64,000 nt of DNA from an uncultured Gaiellaceae bacterium (lineage in GTDB: Bacteria > Actinomycetota > Thermoleophilia > Gaiellales > Gaiellaceae): contig CAVTBS010000009.1 in NCBI GenBank assembly GCA_963732995.1, forward strand, positions 64,618 through 128,617. Direction: 5' to 3'. The notes under the pieces are model-generated. The model made no database searches, was not told where the DNA came from, and saw only the letters and a list, made by a program, of their open reading frames with translations. Of this stretch, positions 57,288-64,000 are shown one piece after another (the first letter of the stretch is position 1; each line of letters begins with the position of its first letter). The position numbers and the translations under genes are program-made.

Positions 57288-57809
57288 TCAATGGACCGCG
57301 ATCTTGAGCCCGACGAGAACCAGCCCGAAGAGCCCGTTCACGGCTCCGACGGCGAGCGCTGGCGGCCAGCGGTCGTAGCTCCGCCGTCCGACGAGGATGC
57401 CCCAGCCGAAGAGCTGGAGCACGGCGAGCGTGAGCGCGATCGCCGCACCGGCGGTCGTCGACCAGAGGCCGGCCCACGCGAGCGCGAGGGCCGCGCCCGG
57501 GACGAAGCCGGCCTCCACCAGCGGCCACTCGCGCCGGGTCAGCTCGAGCAGTCGCGTCAGGAGCGACCCGTGGCCGAAGGCAATCCGCTCGCTCACCGCC
57601 TCGGACCACGCATGTGCGATCGCGAAGACGATCGTGGTCGAGAGCAGCGACAACGTCATCTCCTGCGCCGAGGCCTCGGTCGCGTCGAGCGCGCCCACGA
57701 GCGCAGCCGTGAGGATCGAGCCGTAGATCGCGGCGCTGAACGTTCTCTCGTCGAAGTCGTGCGTGGACTCGCCCGAGACTGCGCGGACGGCCGAGCGGTG
57801 TGGGATCAC
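57288..57809 (-). CDS. hypothetical membrane protein
   Basis: GTG 57809 overlaps the plsC-like stop (GTGA). Several TM helices. The remaining roughly 880 codons of listed ORF 57288..60443 are antisense to topA and spurious. Confidence 0.6.
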   Translation of the reverse strand: MIPHRSAVRAVSGESTHDFDERTFSAAIYGSILTAALVGALDATEASAQEMTLSLLSTTIVFAIAHAWSEAVSERIAFGHGSLLTRLLELTRREWPLVEAGFVPGAALALAWAGLWSTTAGAAIALTLAVLQLFGWGILVGRRSYDRWPPALAVGAVNGLFGLVLVGLKIAVH

Positions 57810-58417
57810 GCGGACCGCTCGAGCTCGCCGATCGCCGCCATCAGCCGCTCGGTCGCGACCTGCGGCGCGTCCTCGCGGCCGGCGAGGTCGTCGAGCGGGA
57901 TCGGGGGGCCGTAGGCGACACGCAGGCGTCCCAGCCGTCCGAGCCTGTCCGTGCCGGAGATCCCCGCAGGAACGAGCGGGACTCCGGCCTCGAGCGCGAT
58001 CCGGGCCGCTCCCGTGTGCGCCCGCGCCTCGTACTTCTTCCGCAGCCCTTTCTTCCGGCGCGTTCCCTCGGGGAACATGACGACGATGTGCCCCTCGCGG
58101 CAGAGCTGCGTGGCCGTCTCGAGCGCGGCGGTGTCGTGCTCGCCGCGCCGCACCGGGAACGCGCCCGCGGCGAACGCGAACTGCTTGAACGGCGTCCAGA
58201 AGAGCTCCGACTTGGCCATGAAGCGCAGGTGGCGCTTCGGGAAGAGCGGCAGTCCGAGCGGCCAGGGGTCGAAATTCGAGTTGTGGTTCGCGGCGAGCAC
58301 GTAGCCCCCGCCGGGGAGGTGCTCGCGGCCGCGCGCCCGCAGCCGGTAGAGCCCGTAGACCAGCGGCCAGCTGAGCGCTGCCACGAGGATGTAGACCGGG
58401 CTCGGCCGGGGCGCCAT
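57806..58417 (-). CDS. plsC: 1-acyl-sn-glycerol-3-phosphate acyltransferase
   Basis: ANHNSNFD (HX4D motif) and FPEGTR motifs. Start is ATG 58417 (ATG 58438 is also possible). Confidence 0.88.
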   Translation of the reverse strand: MAPRPSPVYILVAALSWPLVYGLYRLRARGREHLPGGGYVLAANHNSNFDPWPLGLPLFPKRHLRFMAKSELFWTPFKQFAFAAGAFPVRRGEHDTAALETATQLCREGHIVVMFPEGTRRKKGLRKKYEARAHTGAARIALEAGVPLVPAGISGTDRLGRLGRLRVAYGPPIPLDDLAGREDAPQVATERLMAAIGELERSA

Positions 58418-58457
58418 ACGAGGAGTATCCCAATGCATAGCTAACGTGTCCCGCGCC

Positions 58458-61034
58458 ATGTCGAAGAAGCTGGTGATCGTCGAGAGCCCCGCGAAGGCGA
58501 AGACCATCGCGGGCTATCTGGGCGCCGGATACGACGTCGAGTCGAGCATCGGCCACATCCGCGACCTCCCGAATCGGGCCAGCGACGTGCCCAAGGAGCA
58601 GCGCGCGAAGTACGGGACGATGGGGGTTGCGATCGACGCCGACTTCGAGCCGCTCTACATCGTCGACGCGGACAAGAAGGCCAAGGTCAGCGAGCTGAAG
58701 AAGAAGCTCAAGGACGCGGACGAGCTGCTGCTCGCGACGGACGAGGACCGCGAGGGCGAGGCGATCGCCTGGCATCTGCTCCAGGAGCTGAAGCCGAAGG
58801 TCCCGGTACGCCGGATGGTCTTCCACGAGATCACCCGCGATGCGATCCAGCGCGCCCTCGGCGAGACCCGCGACGTCGACCAGCGGCTCGTCGACGCGCA
58901 GGAGACGCGGCGGATCCTCGACCGGCTCTACGGCTACGAGGTCTCGCCGGTGCTCTGGAAGAAGGTCATGCAGGGCCTGTCCGCCGGACGTGTGCAGTCG
59001 GTCGCCGTGCGCCTCGTCGTCGAGCGCGAGCGCGAGCGTCGCGCGTTCGTCAGCGCCGGCTACTGGGACATCGACGGCATCTTCGACCCCGGCTCGTTCG
59101 AGGCCAGGCTCGCCGCCGTCGACGGCAAGCGCGTGGCGCAGGGACGCGACTTCACCCAGCAGGGCGAGCTGAAGTCGGACGACCTGGCGCGACTGGACGA
59201 GGCGCAGGCGCGCAGCCTCGCCGCCGAGCTCGAGGGGCTCACCTTCGCCGTCCGCTCCGCGGACGAGAAGCCGTACACCCGCCGGCCGGCGGCGCCGTTC
59301 ATGACCTCGACCCTGCAGCAGGAGGCGGGCCGGAAGCTCCGCTACAGCTCGCAGACGACGATGCGCGTCGCCCAGCGCCTGTACGAGAACGGCTACATCA
59401 CCTACATGCGCACCGACTCGACGACGCTGTCGGAGTCCGCGCTGACCGCCGCGCGGCGGCAGGCCGTCGAGCTCTACGGCGCCGACTCGATCCCGGATGC
59501 GCCGCGCCAGTACACGCGCAAGGTGAAGAACGCGCAGGAGGCCCACGAGGCGATCCGCCCCGCCGGCGACTCCTTCCGGACGCCGAAGCAGCTCGAGCGC
59601 GAGCTCAACCGCGACGAGCTCGCCCTCTACGACCTGATCTGGAAGCGGACGCTCGCCTCGCAGATGGCCGACGCGCGCGGGCTGACCGTCTCGCTCCGCC
59701 TCGGGACGACCACGCCGAACGGCCGCGACGCCGAGTTCGCGGCGTCGGGAACCGTGATCACGTTCCGCGGCTTCCTCGCGGCCTACGAGGAGAGCCGTGA
59801 CGACGACACGGAGAAGGAGGAGGAGCGCCCGCTGCCGCACCTCAAGCCCGGTGACGAGCTGAAGGCGCTCACGCTCGAGCCGGAAGGGCACGCGACGACG
59901 CCGCCGGCGCGCTTCACCGAGGCGAGCCTCGTCCAGGCGCTCGAGGAACGCGGGATCGGCCGGCCGTCCACGTACGCCTCGATCATCGGCACGATCCTCG
60001 ACCGCGGCTACGTCTTCAAGCGCGGCACGGCGCTCGTGCCGTCCTTCCTCGCGTTCGCCGTCACCGGGCTGCTCGAGCAGCACTTCGGCCGCCTCGTCGA
60101 CTACTCGTTCACCGCGCAGATGGAGGACGATCTCGACCGGATCGCGGCCGGGGAGCAGGAGCGGGTCGACTGGCTCCGGCACTTCTACTTCGGCGGCGAT
60201 GACGGCGACGCCGGCCTGCACGCCCTGGTCTCGGACCTCTCGGAGATCGATGCGCGCGCGGTCAACTCGCTGCCGCTCGGCGACAGCGGGATCGTGCTCC
60301 GGGTCGGCCGCTACGGGCCCTACGTCGAGCGCGGCGAGGAGCGCGCGAGCGTGCCTGAGGACATGGCGCCCGACGAGCTGACGGTCGAGAAGGCGGAGGA
60401 GCTGCTCTCGGCGCCCTCGGCCGACCGTGTGCTCGGCACGCATCCGGAGTGGGGGACCGAGATCGCGGCCAAGGCCGGCCGCTACGGCCCGTACGTGACG
60501 GAGGTACTGCCGGAGGGCGCGACCGAGAAGCCGCGGACCGCATCGCTCTTCAAGTCGATGGCGCCCGAGACGGTGACGCTGGAGGAGGCGGCGCAGCTGC
60601 TCTCGCTGCCGCGGGTGCTCGGCGCCGATCCTGCCGACGGCGTCGAGATCACGGCGCAGAACGGCCGCTACGGCCCGTACGTCAAGAAGGACACCGAATC
60701 GCGGTCGCTCGAGAGCGAGGAGCAGCTGTTCTCGATCTCGCTCGAGGAGGCCCTCGCGCTGCTCGCCAAGCCGAAGGAGCGGCGCGGCCGCGGCCAGGCG
60801 AAGCCGCCGCTGCGCGAGCTCGGCCCCGATCCCGTCAGCGAGAAGCCGGTGGTGCTCAAGGAAGGGCGCTTCGGCCCCTACGTGACCGACGGTGAGACCA
60901 ACGCGAGCCTGCGTCGCGGCGACGATCCGGAGACGGTCACGATCGAGCGGGCGGCCGAGTTGCTCGCCGACAGACGCTCGAAAGGCCCTGCGCCGAAGCG
61001 GAAGCGCAGCGGCGGCAAGCGCTCTGCAGCGTAG
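58458..61034 (+). CDS. topA: DNA topoisomerase I
   Basis: MSKKLVIVESPAKAKTI... Toprim domain, LLATDEDREGEAI, GYITYMRTDS (catalytic Tyr) and a basic Lys/Arg-rich C-terminal tail. Confidence 0.95.
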   Translation: MSKKLVIVESPAKAKTIAGYLGAGYDVESSIGHIRDLPNRASDVPKEQRAKYGTMGVAIDADFEPLYIVDADKKAKVSELKKKLKDADELLLATDEDREGEAIAWHLLQELKPKVPVRRMVFHEITRDAIQRALGETRDVDQRLVDAQETRRILDRLYGYEVSPVLWKKVMQGLSAGRVQSVAVRLVVERERERRAFVSAGYWDIDGIFDPGSFEARLAAVDGKRVAQGRDFTQQGELKSDDLARLDEAQARSLAAELEGLTFAVRSADEKPYTRRPAAPFMTSTLQQEAGRKLRYSSQTTMRVAQRLYENGYITYMRTDSTTLSESALTAARRQAVELYGADSIPDAPRQYTRKVKNAQEAHEAIRPAGDSFRTPKQLERELNRDELALYDLIWKRTLASQMADARGLTVSLRLGTTTPNGRDAEFAASGTVITFRGFLAAYEESRDDDTEKEEERPLPHLKPGDELKALTLEPEGHATTPPARFTEASLVQALEERGIGRPSTYASIIGTILDRGYVFKRGTALVPSFLAFAVTGLLEQHFGRLVDYSFTAQMEDDLDRIAAGEQERVDWLRHFYFGGDDGDAGLHALVSDLSEIDARAVNSLPLGDSGIVLRVGRYGPYVERGEERASVPEDMAPDELTVEKAEELLSAPSADRVLGTHPEWGTEIAAKAGRYGPYVTEVLPEGATEKPRTASLFKSMAPETVTLEEAAQLLSLPRVLGADPADGVEITAQNGRYGPYVKKDTESRSLESEEQLFSISLEEALALLAKPKERRGRGQAKPPLRELGPDPVSEKPVVLKEGRFGPYVTDGETNASLRRGDDPETVTIERAAELLADRRSKGPAPKRKRSGGKRSAA

Positions 61035-61272
61035 GTCCTACCAACCCGCAAACTTTCCGTTCCAACCGGCGTCTCCCTCTATGAGGGCGCGATCAGACGC
61101 GCTAGCGTGCTACGCGCGAAAACCGATTTCCGCCGCTTACCGGAATACTTAACAAGGGCTCGCCGTTTGAGCTTGTGACAGGTTCGCCGTCCCGATACCC
61201 CTGGCAAAAGCAGGACTGACAGCATATGGTGCGTAAGTTTGTAGCTTCCAGACAAAGCATCGCCGGAAAGGG

Positions 61273-62367
61273 TTGACCGCCGCTTTGACGCAGAACCAGC
61301 TGATCGAACTGATTGAGTCGGACCAGGTCAAGGCGCTCGTCGAGCGCTCGGAGGAGCGCGGGGTGATCGAGCCCACCGAGCTCGAGGCCTTCGTGCTCGA
61401 GCATGACCTGAACGAAGAGGAAACGGAGCAGCTCACGCGCGAGCTGGAGACGCTCGGCCTGGAGGTCGGGCAGTCGCGCGCCGCCAAGGACAAGGCCGAG
61501 AAGGAGAAGGAGAAGGAGGAGGTCGAGCCTGCGCCCGTCACCGTCGCCACCGGCGCCGCCGACAGCCTGCAGCTCTTCCTCGCCGACGTCGGCCGCCACA
61601 AGCTGCTGAACGCCGCGCAGGAGGTGCAGCTCGCGAAGCTGATCGAGCGGGGCGACCCGGTCGCGAAGCGCACGATGATCGAGTCGAACCTCCGGCTCGT
61701 CGTCTCGATCGCGAAGGGCTACCGCGGCCTCGGGGTGCCGTTCCTGGACCTGATCCAGGAGGGCACGCTCGGCCTGAACCGTGCCGTCGAGAAGTTCGAC
61801 TGGCGCCGTGGCTTCAAGTTCTCCACCTACGCCACCTGGTGGATCCGCCAGTCGGTGCAGCGCGCCGTCGCGAACCACGCGCGGACGATCCGCGTCCCCG
61901 TCCACGTCGTCGAGCGGCAGCAGAAGCTGTCGCGCGCCGCACGCCGGCTCGAGGTCGAGCTCGGCCGCGAGGCGACGAAGGAGGAGCTCGCGGAGGCCAC
62001 CGGCCTGCCGATCCAGCACGTCGACGAGGCGCTCGGCGCCGCCCACGCATCCGTCTCGCTGAACCAGACGGTCGGTGCGGACGACGAGGGCGAGCTGGGA
62101 GACCTGTTCGCCGACCGCGAGGCCGCCGACCCGTTCGACGAGGCGGAGGAGTCGCTGCGCAAGCAGGGCGTCCGCCGCGCGCTCGACGCGCTTCCGGAGC
62201 GGGAGCGGCGGATTCTCGAGCTGCGGTTCGGCTTCGAGGGCGAGCCGTGGACGCTCGAGGCGATCGGGCACGAGCTCGATCTCACCCGCGAGCGCGTCCG
62301 CCAGCTCGAGGGCCAGGCGCTCTCGCGGCTCGCGGCGCTGCGCGACCTCGCTTCGCTCGCCGCGTAA
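61273..62367 (+). CDS. RpoD-family (group 1/2) RNA polymerase sigma-70 factor
   Basis: Regions 1.2 to 4.2 are present (DSLQLFLADVGRHKLL, LRLVVSIAKGY, IQEGTLGLNRAVEKFD, YATWWIRQ, LTRERVRQLE). TTG 61273 or the in-frame TTG 61285 (better spaced from GGAAAGGG). Confidence 0.92.
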   Translation: MTAALTQNQLIELIESDQVKALVERSEERGVIEPTELEAFVLEHDLNEEETEQLTRELETLGLEVGQSRAAKDKAEKEKEKEEVEPAPVTVATGAADSLQLFLADVGRHKLLNAAQEVQLAKLIERGDPVAKRTMIESNLRLVVSIAKGYRGLGVPFLDLIQEGTLGLNRAVEKFDWRRGFKFSTYATWWIRQSVQRAVANHARTIRVPVHVVERQQKLSRAARRLEVELGREATKEELAEATGLPIQHVDEALGAAHASVSLNQTVGADDEGELGDLFADREAADPFDEAEESLRKQGVRRALDALPERERRILELRFGFEGEPWTLEAIGHELDLTRERVRQLEGQALSRLAALRDLASLAA

Positions 62368-62393
62368 GCGGAAGCGGATCCGAAACGAACGTC

Positions 62394-62425
62394 GTAGGGC
62401 GGCTCCGGCCGCCCTACTTCGTTTT
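62394..62425 (+). terminator. intrinsic terminator GTAGGGCGGC-TCCG-GCCGCCCTAC followed by TTCGTTTT
   Basis: 10-bp perfect stem with a T-rich tail, 27 nt after the sigma factor stop. Confidence 0.75.
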
Positions 62426-62515
62426 GGTTAAGGAGCCGCGTTCGATTTGCGTCCGGCAGCGTGACTCCTGGATACTCCCGCTGAACCCGGGGCTGCCGGA
62501 TTGAAAGGAGACACT

Positions 62516-64000
62516 TTGAGAATCAAGTGGCACAGGCTCGTGATGCTGCTCGTGGTGGCGATGCTCGCCTTCGCTGCGGGCTGCGGCGGTGACGACGACG
62601 AAGCGAGCGGTGACGGAACGACCACAGGGGCGTCCGGTGGCACGGAAGGCGGGACGCTCGTCTTCGCCGGTGCCACCGATCCCGTTCTGCTCGACGGCGC
62701 GCTCGTCTCGGACGGCGAGTCGCTGCGCGTGATCACGCAGATCTTCGAGACGCTCGTTGCGCTCAAGCCCGGCACGACCGAGCCCGAGCCCGGACTCGCC
62801 GAGAGCTGGGAGGCGAACGACGACGGCACCGTCTGGACGTTCAAGATCCGGCAGGGCGTCACCTTCCATGACGGCGAGACGCTCGACGCCGAGGCGGTCT
62901 GCTTCAACTTCGACCGCTGGTTCAACTTCAAGGGAGCGCTGGCCAACCCGGCCGCGAGCTACTACTGGCAGGTCGTGTTCGGCGGCTTCGCCGAGTTCGA
63001 TCCGGACAGCGGTGCTCCGGAGGAGAGCCTCTACAAGAGCTGCGAGGCGACCGACGAGTCGACGGCCGTGTTGACGCTGACGAAGCCGTCGGCCACGTTC
63101 ATCCCGGCGCTGTCGCAGCAGTCGTTCTCGATCGCGAGCCCGAAGGCGCTGCAGGACTACGACGCCGATGCGGGCACGATCGACGCCGAGGGCGTCTTCA
63201 CCTCTTCGGGCACGTTCGGGACCGAGCATCCGATCGGGACCGGCCCGTTCAAGTTCGACTCGTGGGTGCGGAACGACCGGCTGACGCTGTCGCGCTACGA
63301 CGACTACTGGGGCGACAAGGCGAAGCTCGACACGCTGATCATCCGCCCGATCGCCGACAACGCCGCCCGGCTGCAGGCACTCCAGACGGGCGAGATCCAG
63401 GGCTACGACCTGGTCGAGCCGCAGGACATCGCCACGATCGAAGGCGACGAGGCCCTGCAGATCATCGACCGGCCGGCGTTCAACGTCGCCTACGTCGGCT
63501 TCAACATCGCGAAGAAGCCGACCGACGACCCGAAGGTGCGCGAGGCGATCGCGTACGGCCTCGACCGTGAGGCCGTCGTGGAGAACTTCTACTCCGGCCG
63601 CGGCGCCGTCGCGACGCAGTTCATGCCGCCGGAGGTCGTCGGCTATGCCGACGACGTGCCGACGTACTCGTACGACCCGGAGAAGGCGAAGCAGATCCTG
63701 ACGGACGCCGGCTACACGCTCCCGGTCCCGCTCGAGTTCTGGTACCCGACGGACGTCTCGCGTCCGTACATGCCGGATCCGAAGCGGAACTTCGAGGCGT
63801 TCGCCGCCAGCCTGAACAAGTCGGGCTTCAAGGTGACGCCGAAGAGCGCTCCGTGGAACCCCGACTACCTCGGCCGTGTCGACGCAGGGAACGCGGGGAA
63901 CGCCCGCCTGCTCGGCTGGACCGGTGACTACGGCGACGCCGACAACTTCATCGGCACGTTCTTCCAGACCCCGCAGAAGGCCTGGGGGACGACGACGACG
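62516..64000 (+). CDS. ABC transporter family-5 (peptide/nickel) substrate-binding lipoprotein, 3' end outside window
   Basis: AAAGGAG SD 5 nt before TTG 62516. Lipobox LAFAAGC. I translated the frame by hand and it stays open to 64000. It is absent from the ORF track because there is no stop in the window. Confidence 0.88.
   Translation, partial: MRIKWHRLVMLLVVAMLAFAAGCGGDDDEASGDGTTTGASGGTEGGTLVFAGATDPVLLDGALVSDGESLRVITQIFETLVALKPGTTEPEPGLAESWEANDDGTVWTFKIRQGVTFHDGETLDAEAVCFNFDRWFNFKGALANPAASYYWQVVFGGFAEFDPDSGAPEESLYKSCEATDESTAVLTLTKPSATFIPALSQQSFSIASPKALQDYDADAGTIDAEGVFTSSGTFGTEHPIGTGPFKFDSWVRNDRLTLSRYDDYWGDKAKLDTLIIRPIADNAARLQALQTGEIQGYDLVEPQDIATIEGDEALQIIDRPAFNVAYVGFNIAKKPTDDPKVREAIAYGLDREAVVENFYSGRGAVATQFMPPEVVGYADDVPTYSYDPEKAKQILTDAGYTLPVPLEFWYPTDVSRPYMPDPKRNFEAFAASLNKSGFKVTPKSAPWNPDYLGRVDAGNAGNARLLGWTGDYGDADNFIGTFFQTPQKAWGTTTT

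Noticed and set aside
57810-60443. Upstream roughly 880 codons of the 1051-aa minus-strand ORF 57288..60443
   Set aside because: This part is antisense to topA and to the plsC-like gene region. Only the last 173 codons, from GTG 57809, look like a real membrane protein with GTGA coupling to the upstream gene.
61035-61272. Promoter or leader elements in the AT-richer 240-nt region upstream of the sigma factor gene
   Set aside because: Several weak -35/-10-like hexamers (for example TTGTGA...TACCCC) occur, but none has convincing spacing or consensus. I left it unannotated rather than guess.

Overview
High-GC (about 70% or more by eye) chromosomal core region with Actinomycetota-like content (Thermoleophilia or Rubrobacteria style): rpsF-ssb-rpsR-rplI-dnaB, SARP/AfsR regulator, many GTG/TTG starts and 1-4 nt stop/start overlaps. 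About 70 protein genes are supported. They include a copper-handling cluster (CopC/CopD fusion, YcnI), Ku, purD-purB-purC-purS-purQ and purA, dnaB with a coupled DnaC/DnaI-like ATPase, VanW, LOG, an M50 protease, a MoaD-MoaE fusion, a GntR regulator with a methylmalonyl-CoA mutase catalytic subunit, an ABC-2 exporter, SecG, LexA, two HisKA_3 kinases with a NarL regulator, an HDAC-family enzyme, a FEN-type exonuclease, PlsC, TopA, an RpoD-family sigma factor and a partial family-5 solute-binding protein. RNA genes are tRNA-Sec (anticodon UCA), tRNA-Leu (GAG) and RNase P RNA. The main result is a selenocysteine-decoding neighbourhood. tRNA-Sec, selA and selB lie within about 8.5 kb, next to an AhpD/CMD-family gene that the ORF track splits in two. 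Its two halves are in one frame, joined by a TGA at the second Cys of the C-x-x-C-x-x-x-H motif, with a hairpin directly downstream, so it is a predicted selenoprotein heading a coupled AhpD(Sec)-cupin-nitrilase operon. The second result is about 14 single-base frame disruptions between 19 and 50 kb, mostly 1-nt insertions in G/C runs. They hit selB, the cupin, a DivIVA-like gene, a glycosyltransferase, a sugar isomerase and an ABC-2 permease, and occur eight times in phoA. These are either assembly indel errors or real decay, and this affects how the Sec system should be read. Other leads are an AfsR-like regulator beside a strongly SD-preceded 60-aa secreted two-Cys peptide gene with three heptamer repeats at 11-bp spacing, a dnaB upstream region with DnaA-box-like motifs, an SOS-box-like motif and a 36-bp perfect palindrome, and a lexA-coupled zinc-ribbon mini-ORF abutting rnpB. 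No CRISPR array, transposase, integrase or prophage was seen.
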